Shown here piece by piece: positions 19,243-28,246 of a DNA stretch of 33,673 nt (the stretch's first letter is position 1; each line of letters starts with the position of its first letter). A program made the translations under genes and the position numbers. Origin of the DNA: Planctomycetia bacterium (GTDB lineage: Bacteria; Planctomycetota; Planctomycetia; Pirellulales; UBA1268); the NCBI GenBank assembly GCA_009919445.1, contig RGBY01000003.1:1-33673 (forward strand). The letters are read 5' to 3'. Below the pieces are notes generated by a model. The model saw nothing but the letters and a program-made list of their open reading frames with translations. It was not told the DNA's origin and ran no database searches.

Positions 19243-20121
19243 CTAACGGGTTGCCGAGGAGGCTGCCAGGGCGAGGCGAACCGTTGCCACGTCGTGGACG
19301 CGAATGATAGGGATTCCCTGAGCCGCCAGATTGCAGGCCGTGACAGCAGTGACCAGATCGCGTTCGGCGCGAGTTGGCTCGCGGCCACAGGTCTGCTTGA
19401 CGATTTTGCCAAGGAAGCCCTTGCGGGAGTGGCCAATCAGAATCGGGCAGCCAAGATCGAGAAAGCGGCCTGCTTGCTGCATGAGAGTGAGGTTGTGCTC
19501 GTGTGTCTTGCCAAAGCCAATCCCCGGATCGAGGCAGATTGACTCAGGGGCAATGCCTGCTGCCAGCAGGGCGTCACGCCGGGCACGAAGATAGGCGTGA
19601 ATCTCTTCCACAACGTTGGTGTAGGTCGGCTCAAGCTGCATGGTCTGCGGCGTCCCCTGCATGTGCATGGCGCAGATTCCCGCAGCAGTGCTGCGGGCGA
19701 GGTCAGCCATCTCGGGATCGCCTTCCAGCCCGGTCACGTCGTTGATGATCTCGGCCCCCGCAGCGATGGCCTGCCGGGCAACAACCGCCTTAGACGTGTC
19801 GATTGAAATGGGCAGATTGACCTGCGCAGCAAGGCGGCCGACAACGTCGCCGACTCGCCGCCACTCTTCTTCAGCCGAAACTGGCTCGGCGAAGGGGCGA
19901 GTGCTTTCGCCACCAACATCAAGGATGTCAGCGCCAGCCGCAGCCAGCGAGAGGCCGTGCTCAACTGCGGCCTCAACCCCAGCGTGGAGGCCACCGTCGG
20001 AGAAACTGTCTGGGGTGACGTTAACGATGCCCATCAGCAGGGCCGGCTCACCCGCCGCAGGCAACGGTAGCGACCGCGTCCGTAACTGCCATCTGGCTGG
20101 CCGAGATGTCGGTGAATTCAT
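19243..20121 (-). CDS. folP: Dihydropteroate synthase
   Basis: Motifs MGIVNVTPDSFSDGG, DVGGESTRP, SIDT, INDV, DPGIGFGK, SRK and RVHDV. The ATG overlaps the upstream TGA by one base. Confidence 0.96.
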   Translation of the reverse strand: MNSPTSRPARWQLRTRSLPLPAAGEPALLMGIVNVTPDSFSDGGLHAGVEAAVEHGLSLAAAGADILDVGGESTRPFAEPVSAEEEWRRVGDVVGRLAAQVNLPISIDTSKAVVARQAIAAGAEIINDVTGLEGDPEMADLARSTAAGICAMHMQGTPQTMQLEPTYTNVVEEIHAYLRARRDALLAAGIAPESICLDPGIGFGKTHEHNLTLMQQAGRFLDLGCPILIGHSRKGFLGKIVKQTCGREPTRAERDLVTAVTACNLAAQGIPIIRVHDVATVRLALAASSATR

Positions 20122-20672
20122 CACCACGGTTCTTCCATCAGGCCGACAATCTGCTGGGCCATTTTGACGATGCCCTCTTGCTGCGTGCTCACTACTGAGC
20201 GGCCGTATTCTGGCACCAAGGCAGCCGACTGCCCCACATCGACGCTGGCCGCCGGCACGGGGACAGCCCCTGAGGCGAGAACCGCACCACCACGATCGGC
20301 CCAGGTGACAAGCACCTGCAGGTTGAGTTCCACCATTCGCGATTGGTCGCTCGGGCTTTCGACCATCATCCGTTTCGTGTCGGCGACAATGCGGCCAGTC
20401 AGGATGCTGTCGGCCCCTGCGCCGTCGACTACCTTGAACGGGGTCCGTTTTTCAATCTCCTTGCAGACGGCTTCGGTTAGCCGTACCCCCAGATCGACGG
20501 CCGGAGTCACCCGAAAGCTGTCACACTGAAACAGCGGAACGTAGATGGTGCGGACGTTGGCCGCATACAGCGTGCTATTCCCAAATCGATAGGCCGCGCA
20601 GCCCAGTAGCCCCGGTAGCAGGCATGCCAGCCCGCCGAGAATCTGACGGCGATCAAGAAATGGAGCAGACAT
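20121..20672 (-). CDS. lptE: LptE-family LPS-assembly lipoprotein
   Basis: Lipobox LLGC followed by AAYRFG. The pattern VRTIYVPLF...LTEAV.KEI..RTPFKVV...ADSILTGRI and the length fit LptE-like proteins. Confidence 0.72.
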   Translation of the reverse strand: MSAPFLDRRQILGGLACLLPGLLGCAAYRFGNSTLYAANVRTIYVPLFQCDSFRVTPAVDLGVRLTEAVCKEIEKRTPFKVVDGAGADSILTGRIVADTKRMMVESPSDQSRMVELNLQVLVTWADRGGAVLASGAVPVPAASVDVGQSAALVPEYGRSVVSTQQEGIVKMAQQIVGLMEEPW

Positions 20673-20683
20673 CGCAGACGGCC

Positions 20684-21967
20684 TCAGCGCAGCGGTTGAT
20701 TCTCACCGGATGCATCCTGGCTGGCGATCATGGCGTCAGCCTCGGCCATGGCATCGAGTTCGGCTTCTTTGAGTGAGTCAGGGTTGAGGAATGCGGTGAG
20801 TGCCGGCAGCGGGTTGTCGCTGACATCCTCCAGACCGGCTAACTGCTCAAGCTGATCGCGTGCCCGCTGGGCCATCATCGTCTTGGGGTAGTCGCGGGCG
20901 ATCAGGGCGTAGTAGATCCGTGCCGAGGTGTAGTGCTTGCCCTTGGCATAGAACTCTGCCCGTTTCCAGTGTCGGGTCGCCTGCTGGGCTGCGATTTCAG
21001 CCCGGGTTCGCATGACCCGTTGCTCTTCCTCATCGCTTAACTGATCAGGGAACTGGACGAGAATCTGGTCAGCCAGAATCTCAGCCTCATCGAGCATGCC
21101 CCCCTCGTAACCGGGACCCTGATAGGCCTGCAGTTTGGCCTGCAGGGCAAACAGATGAGCAGGCAGCAGGAATTCGCTGTCGGGGTGCTCGGTTCGCAGC
21201 AGCGAATAGAAGTAGTCGGCGTCGAGCCACTGCCGATCGAGGAAGTGGGCATTGGCCTCGGCCATCAGGCTATCGTCGGCGAGTGGCCCACGAGGGTCGT
21301 TGAGCCGAACATGCTCATAGGCCTTGAGTGCCCGCCCGCGAGTGTCGAAGAGTGGGCGGCTGCGGTCGAGCAGGTTTGGAACCAGCAGGGGCAGGTGCTG
21401 CTTCGCATCCATTGCGAGCCAGTACTGGGCGATGACAAACTGCCGCTGGGCAATTCGATCGAGATACCGGGTGTTGGGGTATTTCTTGACGAGGGCGTCG
21501 TATTGATCTTCAGCCTTGGGATACTGATCGGTGAAGAAGAGGCATTCCCCCACTTGCCACATGGCATCTTCCTCGATGGCTGAATCGGGCCAGCGGTCAA
21601 TGACCTTGCGATAGCGAGACAAGGCCTCTTTGTATTTTTCCTGAACGAACAGTTCGTCGCCGGCGGTGAGCGCATCACGGGCGACAGACTCATTCGGTCC
21701 CCGGCCAACCATCTTTTTGAACCGCCGCTTGATCGTGTCTCCCTTTAGTTGATCCCAGCCGAGGTCCTTGTCGTAGGGAGACTCAGTCGAAATCACCGAA
21801 GAGGTGTCGTTCTCGGCGAGGTCATCGGTTGAATCACTGCTGCCAGTCAGCCATGGCCAGTCTGGCTTCGTCAGCGTTGCGCAGCCGCTGGCGAGCGAGG
21901 CGATCAGAACTCCTGCAAGGACAGAGGCAGAGAGCAGCCACTGCCGGGAGTTGGTCAACGGCTTCAT
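20684..21967 (-). CDS. BamD-like TPR outer-membrane lipoprotein
   Basis: Lipobox ASGC. Repeated TPR motifs (Y..VIDRWPDS, Y..LVKKYPNT, L.TEHPDS, ARIYY..IARDYP). Confidence 0.78.
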   Translation of the reverse strand: MKPLTNSRQWLLSASVLAGVLIASLASGCATLTKPDWPWLTGSSDSTDDLAENDTSSVISTESPYDKDLGWDQLKGDTIKRRFKKMVGRGPNESVARDALTAGDELFVQEKYKEALSRYRKVIDRWPDSAIEEDAMWQVGECLFFTDQYPKAEDQYDALVKKYPNTRYLDRIAQRQFVIAQYWLAMDAKQHLPLLVPNLLDRSRPLFDTRGRALKAYEHVRLNDPRGPLADDSLMAEANAHFLDRQWLDADYFYSLLRTEHPDSEFLLPAHLFALQAKLQAYQGPGYEGGMLDEAEILADQILVQFPDQLSDEEEQRVMRTRAEIAAQQATRHWKRAEFYAKGKHYTSARIYYALIARDYPKTMMAQRARDQLEQLAGLEDVSDNPLPALTAFLNPDSLKEAELDAMAEADAMIASQDASGENQPLR

Positions 21968-22770
21968 CGTGTCTTCTCGCGAGGGGGGGCAAAGGTGGTG
22001 GACAGCCAGCGACTCGTTTTGAGGCGGTAGCCGAGGAGGTTGCTCAGGAGGGTGTTCATGATGGCTCGCACCTCTCCCATGGCGTCACAATTGGAAAGGG
22101 TCTGTGCAAAGCCATTCCCGGCAAGGTTTCGCAGGAGGGCCAGCGCTGGCGGTGAGACTGACACCACTGCCCGTTTGCCCCGCCGGCAACGTTGGCAGAG
22201 TCCGCCGCCCGAGAGCATGCCGAAGGCAGTACGGGCATCGCCCAGCGAGGCACCGCATTCTGCGCAGGAGTGGAGTGCCGGAAACTGCCCAAGCTGCTGG
22301 AGGATGCCGAGTTCGGTGTGCACGAGAACCATGGCGACTGTTTGGGGATCAAGTCTGCTTGTCTCTGCGGCTGAGCTCTGTCCCGGACGGGGGCGTGACA
22401 GCATTCGGACGGCGCTGGCGGCCAGGTCGAACAGGGCGGGTTGAGGGTCAGCATCAACGGTGACAGCATCAAAGAGTTCAGCAAGGTAGAGTCCGGCCGC
22501 GACAGCAGGCTGGCTGTCACCAACACGAAACCGATGTTCAAGAAAAGCCTCGGTCAATAAGTCGAGACTGCCGCTGGAACGGCGGTGGACGAGTACCTGA
22601 CAGACCGAAAGGAGGTCAAGGGCGGCGTCAAACTTGCTCTTGGGCCGCCACGCTCCCTTCGCCAGCCCCCGCACCTTGCCAGCTTCCCGGGTCAGCAGGG
22701 TGACGATGGCACTGGTCTCACCAAAAGGAATCGCCCGTAGAACCACGGCACGGACCTTTTCGGCGGTCAT
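21964..22770 (-). CDS. recO: DNA repair protein RecO
   Basis: AVVLRAIPFGETSAIVTLLTREAGKVRGLAKGA, zinc finger CAEC...CQRC, and C-terminal LKT. Confidence 0.92.
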   Translation of the reverse strand: MTAEKVRAVVLRAIPFGETSAIVTLLTREAGKVRGLAKGAWRPKSKFDAALDLLSVCQVLVHRRSSGSLDLLTEAFLEHRFRVGDSQPAVAAGLYLAELFDAVTVDADPQPALFDLAASAVRMLSRPRPGQSSAAETSRLDPQTVAMVLVHTELGILQQLGQFPALHSCAECGASLGDARTAFGMLSGGGLCQRCRRGKRAVVSVSPPALALLRNLAGNGFAQTLSNCDAMGEVRAIMNTLLSNLLGYRLKTSRWLSTTFAPPREKTR

Positions 22771-24011
22771 GATGGCTTGGCCACGGAGGGCAGCCGAGTG
22801 ACCCGCAGCCGCTCGATCTTGCGACCGGTTGCTGCCAGCACCTCAAGGGCCACCCCGTCGGCTTCAATCTGTTCGCCAACCTCAGGGATGCGTCCAAAAA
22901 CATGAAAGGCGAATCCACCGATGGTGTCGAAGTCGGCCTCTTCGGGAAGGCTGAATTGCATCCGTTCGTTGAGGTCATCGAGCGGGACATGGGCTAGCGT
23001 TTCGCAGACATCTTCTGAAACGGCCAGGATGCCATCATCGAATGCCTCGTCGTGTTCGTCGGCAATTTCACCAACAATTTCCTCAAGGGCATCCTCAATG
23101 GTAACGACCCCACAGACACCACCGAACTCATCGGTCACGATGGCCATATGAGACTTGCCCCGTTGCAGTTCCCGGAGCAGCGTCTGCACGCTCATGGTTT
23201 CGGGAATGAAGTAGGGGGGGCGTATCAGTTCGTTGAGGTCAGGGGGGGTGCCTGCATCACTGCTGTGACACCGGGCCAGTTCAGTGAGGATTTCGCGGGA
23301 GTGGAGCACACCCACAATGTCATCTGACGAAGCCCGCCAGACCGGAAGACGCGAGTGACCACTCTCAATGGCGGTGGCGACCACGTCATCCCACGGGGAG
23401 GCAAGCGGCAGGCCGATCATTTCGGTGCGGGGCGTCATGATCTCTGAAACATGGACATCTTCAAGTTCCATTACGCCTTGAATCATGTCGCGGGCTTCCT
23501 CATCGAGGTGTCCCTCGCGATGGGCCTCATCCATCGCCAGTCGAATCTCGTCCTGTGAGTCTTCGGCGGCTTCCCGGCTTGACCGCGGGAGAAACCGGCT
23601 GGCCAGCCGCAGGAGGCTTCGGCCGATGGCGACCAGTGGCCGCACTAGGTGAATCAACGGTCGCCATAGCCACCAGGTCACCACGACAATCCAGACCCCA
23701 GCCACCCGCGTCAGCAGCATTGGGACAATCACCAGCATGCCCCAGCAGAGCACCATCCAGCCAAGAATGGCCAGGTTGTTCGTCGCAAGGTGGCTAGCTG
23801 CCATCAGGGTGGCCATTACTGCGGCACCCGTGACAACCGTGGCGGCGATAAAGGCAACCCCCTCGCCGGCAGACAGGATCTCATCGTAGATCTCAGGCTG
23901 TTTCTGATGCTGACAGACATCCTGAAGATGATGCCGCCGCGCACCGCGGATCGCGCGGGCCTGGAGGGCGGCGACACTCGCGAAGATGAGCAACAAAAAG
24001 GCAGTCTGCAT
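22767..24011 (-). CDS. HlyC/CorC (CNNM-CBS-CorC) family membrane protein
   Basis: Hydrophobic N-terminus. Motifs VSEIMTPR, GHSRLPV, PYFIPET, HMAIVTDEFGG..GVVTIEDALEEIVGEIADEHD and DTIGGF....GRIP..GE. Confidence 0.92.
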   Translation of the reverse strand: MQTAFLLLIFASVAALQARAIRGARRHHLQDVCQHQKQPEIYDEILSAGEGVAFIAATVVTGAAVMATLMAASHLATNNLAILGWMVLCWGMLVIVPMLLTRVAGVWIVVVTWWLWRPLIHLVRPLVAIGRSLLRLASRFLPRSSREAAEDSQDEIRLAMDEAHREGHLDEEARDMIQGVMELEDVHVSEIMTPRTEMIGLPLASPWDDVVATAIESGHSRLPVWRASSDDIVGVLHSREILTELARCHSSDAGTPPDLNELIRPPYFIPETMSVQTLLRELQRGKSHMAIVTDEFGGVCGVVTIEDALEEIVGEIADEHDEAFDDGILAVSEDVCETLAHVPLDDLNERMQFSLPEEADFDTIGGFAFHVFGRIPEVGEQIEADGVALEVLAATGRKIERLRVTRLPSVAKPS

Positions 24012-24020
24012 GAAAGGGAT

Positions 24021-24593
24021 TCAGCGTGATGGTGAAGCGGCTTTCCCGCGACGCCGAGGGAGGCGTCGTGGTGGCGGCGGCAGGCCAATGTCCTCCATCA
24101 CCTGACGTTCTCGACGTCGCATCGCCCGTCGTTCGGCTGGACTGTGATCGTCGTAGCCGCAAAGATGGAGGAGCCCGTGGACAAGGTAATACGCCAATTC
24201 GTGCTCTGGCTGCCAGTGGTATCGTCCCGCCTCGCGGTGTGCCGTTTCACCGCTGGCAACAATTTCGCCCGCCAGATGCGTGGAAAGATCGGTCGACCCG
24301 GTAGACCGGGCAAGGCCGGCAGGGGGGCTGAGATCGAAGGTGATCACGTCAGTCGGCCCAGGTACTCCTAGCCAGACCTCGTGCAACTGGGCAATTTCCT
24401 CATCATCGACAATGGCCAGACTGATCTCGGCGGTTTCGATTCCTGTGGCATCGAGGGCGGAAGCCATCAGCCGCTTCAGATCGGTCACCCGTACTGGCAG
24501 CAGTCTCTGCCGATTGCAGCAGTCAATCTGCCTTCGCCCGGCGGTCCCTAGCACCGAATGGCCGGCAGGTCTGCGACGCTTTCCCTCAGCCAC
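24021..24593 (-). CDS. ybeY: rRNA maturation endoribonuclease YbeY
   Basis: Motifs PTDVITF, GEIV and HGLLHLCGYDD. Sits in the phoH-ybeY-corC context. Confidence 0.92.
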   Translation of the reverse strand: MAEGKRRRPAGHSVLGTAGRRQIDCCNRQRLLPVRVTDLKRLMASALDATGIETAEISLAIVDDEEIAQLHEVWLGVPGPTDVITFDLSPPAGLARSTGSTDLSTHLAGEIVASGETAHREAGRYHWQPEHELAYYLVHGLLHLCGYDDHSPAERRAMRRRERQVMEDIGLPPPPRRLPRRRGKAASPSR

Positions 24594-27064
24594 TAGGCTG
24601 TCCTCTGATCGGGATACTTGACCCGACCGTGGTAGACGGCCGTCAGGCTCTTGATCAGGCTCTGCTCGATGACCCGTAGTTCTTCCAGCGTCAGGCCACA
24701 GTCTTCGAACTGGCCGTCAAGCAAACGCTTCATGGCCAGTTCATGGACGAGGCTCGAGATTCGAGCTGGAGTAGGTTCACTCAGTGAACGGCTGGCGCTT
24801 TCGACAGCGTCAGAAAGCATGAGCACAGCCGACTCACGGGTGCTCGGTCGCGGGCCAGGATAGCGGAAGGTCTGCTCGTCGACGCCACCGCTATTGGGAT
24901 CAGCCTGCGACTTTTCGGCTGCCCGTCGATAGAAGTATTCAACCAGCGTCGTGCCGTGATGTTCCAGGAGCAGGTCAACAATCGGCTGGGGCAGGTTGTA
25001 TTGGCGGGCAAGTTCGGCCCCTTCCTTCACGTGGGCGATGATGATGAGGCTGCTCATGGCTGGCACCAGTGCCTCGTGCCGGTTCTCTTGTCTGCCTTGA
25101 TTCTCAACGTAGTACGCCGGCTTGAGCATCTTGCCGACATCATGAAAGTAAGCGCCCACTCGCACCAGCAGGCCACGGGCACCAATGGCATCGGCTGCAG
25201 CCTCACCAATGCTGGCCACATTGATTGAGTGGTTGTAGGTGCCGGGTGCCCGTCGCACGAGTTCCTGAAGCAACGGGTGGGCCACATCACCAATCTCAAG
25301 CAGGCTGAGGTCAGTGAGGACGCCGAAGGTTTTCTCTACGAAAGGCAGGAGGCCCGTCATGAGGAAACCGGCTAGCAGCGTCCAGACACCAGTCCGGGCT
25401 GCTTCGAAAAGGAGGTAGAGGTCGAGCGGGTGTTCAGCCAGAAGGTTGGCGCCAATCTGCGTTGTCGTGGCGACCGCACCAGCCCAGAGCCCGACGTAGA
25501 TCAGTTTGCTCCGGCTGCGGATCTGGCCCATCCAGAAGATGGTGGCAGCAGCAGCAGCCGTGAGGGTGATGTAATCGGCCAGTCCCTGGCCCAGTCCGAC
25601 CACCAGCACCAGTGCCACCTCGGCCACTAACAGCAACGCCAGATCTTCGTCATAGGCAATCGCCACCGTCATGGCAAAGACCAGCAGCGGGAGGATTTCA
25701 GCCCGCCAGGCATCACCGGCCGCGAAGGAGCAGGCGGCCGTTGTGGCGATCACCAACACCAACAGGGTGGCGACATGGCCGAGATCGAGGAGGACGTCAC
25801 GGTGATGCAGGTGCAGGTAGAAACCGGCCAGGGTGAACATGGCGACAAACAGGCCCAAGAGTGAGGCTGCCCGTCCAATCCGCTCACCCACAGGCTGTTG
25901 CCGCAGCGCCTCCTCGTGTTCCAGTTTGAGAAGGGTCAGTTCTTCACTGGTGATTTCTTTGCCGGCCGGCACCAGAAGGTCGCCTGCGGCATAACGGACA
26001 AACTGCTTGGGTGTCTTTTCAATGGCCTCGGCCTTGGCCCGCGATGTGGCCTCACTATCGACCTCAAGCGAACCGGTCAGGCGGGGGTCGACCCAGTTAA
26101 AGACGCGGTCGGTCAGGGGGCCCGCACCAAGTTCCTCCGTCAGCCGGGACTTCAGCCGAATCTTGGCTTCTCCCAGCAACACGTCGGCCACCTGAGCCCG
26201 AAGCATTTCTGTTGCGTTGCCCAGGGGATGGACATCAATTTCTGTCTGGCTGCCCTCGTCGAGTCCATGCTGAATTTTTTCGAGCACACCCTGAGCTTCG
26301 AGTGGCGCGAAGGCCCGGTCGATGGCTTTGTTGAACTCCAGAAGTTTCTCTTTGGTTCCGACCCGGCTGCGAAAGGCCGTAAAGGCCTGCTCGGCCTCGA
26401 TTTTCTGCCGTGCAAATTCGGTGACAGACGGCTGAGCAGGCTGGGCAGGAGCCTCGTCTCCGGTCGGGTTTGGCTCGGGCTGGTCTTCGGTGGAAGTGAC
26501 GGCGGCAGCAAGCCCGATGTCATCTGGCGTGGTGGCGGGAGGTGTGGTCGGCTCCGGTGCAATCGGTGGATCTGGTGGCTTCACAACAGTCCCCGGCGCA
26601 GGCACCGGCAACCGTTCCAGCACTGCTGCGGTATCAGGTGCAAACTCCAGCCAGGCATCTCGGGAAACAGCAGCCAGGGTTTCGGCGGCAGCAATTTCGG
26701 CGACGCGATTCTTCAGGCCGTCACGAATGCGAAGGATTGGCCCACGGTCCTGGATGTAGACAACCCGCACCTGAGACGTCGCCCGTTCCTGGGCCGCCCG
26801 AGTGCGGTCAAGGTCAGGCTTTTCAAACGGCAACCGCGACACCACGCCGCGTGGGGCAACCGTGCCAAGTCGAAAGGCAAATGGCTGCGACCAGCCGTGC
26901 AGCAGGATCAGCAGGGTCAACCCGGCCAAAAGGCAGAGGCCAAGGCGGACGAGCACTTCCGACCGAGAGATAGTCTCGAGCAGGTGTCCCCAGAAGCCCT
27001 GGGGACCCTCCATCGAGGATGCACGGCGAATGCGGCGGCGAAAAGAAGAAGGGGCGATACTCAT
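24593..27064 (-). CDS. 7TM-HD phosphohydrolase (PgpH/YqfF-like, candidate cyclic-di-AMP phosphodiesterase)
   Basis: N-terminal TM helix, large extracytoplasmic domain, multiple TM helices, then an HD domain: APGTYNHS, YFHDVGK, YYVENQ, IIAHVKEG, EHHGT, FRYPGPRP and SDAVESASR. Confidence 0.9.
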   Translation of the reverse strand: MSIAPSSFRRRIRRASSMEGPQGFWGHLLETISRSEVLVRLGLCLLAGLTLLILLHGWSQPFAFRLGTVAPRGVVSRLPFEKPDLDRTRAAQERATSQVRVVYIQDRGPILRIRDGLKNRVAEIAAAETLAAVSRDAWLEFAPDTAAVLERLPVPAPGTVVKPPDPPIAPEPTTPPATTPDDIGLAAAVTSTEDQPEPNPTGDEAPAQPAQPSVTEFARQKIEAEQAFTAFRSRVGTKEKLLEFNKAIDRAFAPLEAQGVLEKIQHGLDEGSQTEIDVHPLGNATEMLRAQVADVLLGEAKIRLKSRLTEELGAGPLTDRVFNWVDPRLTGSLEVDSEATSRAKAEAIEKTPKQFVRYAAGDLLVPAGKEITSEELTLLKLEHEEALRQQPVGERIGRAASLLGLFVAMFTLAGFYLHLHHRDVLLDLGHVATLLVLVIATTAACSFAAGDAWRAEILPLLVFAMTVAIAYDEDLALLLVAEVALVLVVGLGQGLADYITLTAAAAATIFWMGQIRSRSKLIYVGLWAGAVATTTQIGANLLAEHPLDLYLLFEAARTGVWTLLAGFLMTGLLPFVEKTFGVLTDLSLLEIGDVAHPLLQELVRRAPGTYNHSINVASIGEAAADAIGARGLLVRVGAYFHDVGKMLKPAYYVENQGRQENRHEALVPAMSSLIIIAHVKEGAELARQYNLPQPIVDLLLEHHGTTLVEYFYRRAAEKSQADPNSGGVDEQTFRYPGPRPSTRESAVLMLSDAVESASRSLSEPTPARISSLVHELAMKRLLDGQFEDCGLTLEELRVIEQSLIKSLTAVYHGRVKYPDQRTA

Positions 27065-27111
27065 CGCGTCATGCTTTGGTGAATGCCGAAGGGTGGCTGG
27101 CCTGTCCTTAA

Positions 27112-28041
27112 TTATTCCTCGTAAGCGTCGACAATGCGCTGAACAAGCGGATGTCGCACAATGTCGGCTCCGCCAAGGCTAATTTTCCGGCAGCCAGTAA
27201 CGCCTGAAAGCCGCTCCATAGCGTCAATCAAGCCACTGCGGCGATTCGGTGGGAGGTCAATCTGCGTGGTATCGCCGGAGATCACCATTTTTGAGCCAAC
27301 CCCAAGCCGGGTGAGAAACATCTTCATTTGGGCGGCAGTGGTGTTTTGGGCCTCATCCAAAATGATGAAGGCGTTATTAAGTGTTCGTCCCCGCATGTAG
27401 GCCAGGGGAATCATCTCGATGACGTCCTGTTCAGTCAGTCGCTTCAGCAACTCGTAGTCCATCATTTCCCGGAGGGCATCGAGCAGTGGTCGCAGATAAG
27501 GGTTGATCTTGGCCTGCAGGTCACCAGGGAGAAAGCCAAGGCTCTCACCCGCTTCAACGGCTGGGCGGACGAGAACGATTTTGGTGACCTGCTCGCTGCG
27601 AAGAGCGGAGACCGCCATGGCGACAGCCAGAAATGTTTTGCCGCAGCCGGCCGGGCCTTCACAGAAGACGACATCGTGATCACGAATGGCTCGGACATAG
27701 GTGGCCTGTCCGGCCGAACGAGGCACAACATGGCCGCCTGGACGCTGCACCTCAATTGACTCGTGTTGGGTCTGTTCTGCACCGTCGGAATTAGTGGCCA
27801 GCAGCCGGTCAACGTCGGCATCATTGACGACACCCTGACGACGAGCAATCTGGTCAAGGGTCTCAAAGATCTCAGCCGCCCGTTGCACGGCAGCCTCATT
27901 CCCTTCGATATGAATCGCGTCACCACGGGCCGAGACACCCACGCCGAGGGCAGCGCGAATTCTGCGGAGGTGTTGGTCGCGCGGGCCGAAGACCGCCAGC
28001 AGGCGCTTCGAATCGACCACAGCAATCGTCGTGCGAGACAT
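27112..28041 (-). CDS. phoH: PhoH-family ATPase (PhoH/YbeZ)
   Basis: Motifs GPAGCGKT, RPAVEAGESLGFLPGD, PLAYMRGRTL, DEAQN, GDTTQIDLP and DIVRHPLV. Confidence 0.95.
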   Translation of the reverse strand: MSRTTIAVVDSKRLLAVFGPRDQHLRRIRAALGVGVSARGDAIHIEGNEAAVQRAAEIFETLDQIARRQGVVNDADVDRLLATNSDGAEQTQHESIEVQRPGGHVVPRSAGQATYVRAIRDHDVVFCEGPAGCGKTFLAVAMAVSALRSEQVTKIVLVRPAVEAGESLGFLPGDLQAKINPYLRPLLDALREMMDYELLKRLTEQDVIEMIPLAYMRGRTLNNAFIILDEAQNTTAAQMKMFLTRLGVGSKMVISGDTTQIDLPPNRRSGLIDAMERLSGVTGCRKISLGGADIVRHPLVQRIVDAYEE

Positions 28042-28047
28042 CAAAGC

Positions 28048-28147
28048 CCGTCAGGCATCTGCCGGTGACGGTCTCGGGGGAAGGGGGGGTACGCCACGCG
28101 GCGAACCGTTGGCTCGCAGCTACCGCTACGAGCAACATTAAATGGTA
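28048..28147 (-). promoter_or_regulatory. Putative -10 box and structured 5' leader of the phoH operon
   Basis: TACCAT at 28147-28142, followed by three stem-loops (28136-28108, 28107-28088, 28071-28048). Confidence 0.4.
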
Positions 28148-28246
28148 CCCGGGGAAGCCCGCTGATCCCAGCAAATTCAGCCATGTGCCTGCTTTTTCGG
28201 CTGATTCGGCCGCCGGACTCCCGGCTGGTCAGCCGCAGCCCAGCCC

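Noticed and set aside
25898-27082. 394-aa plus-strand ORF, and similar long ORFs at 4898-5737, 12047-12931, 13745-14644, 29263-30183 and 31339-32124
   Set aside because: They lie antisense to well-supported genes and show no recognisable motifs. Such shadow ORFs are expected in GC-rich DNA.
28048-28190. Possible c-di-AMP (ydaO) riboswitch upstream of the phoH-pgpH operon (GCTGAAT...CAGCGGG and CCCGAGACCGTCA fragments)
   Set aside because: The resemblance is only fragmentary, and the central and 3' conserved blocks I recall for ydaO are not visible. It would need an Infernal hit.
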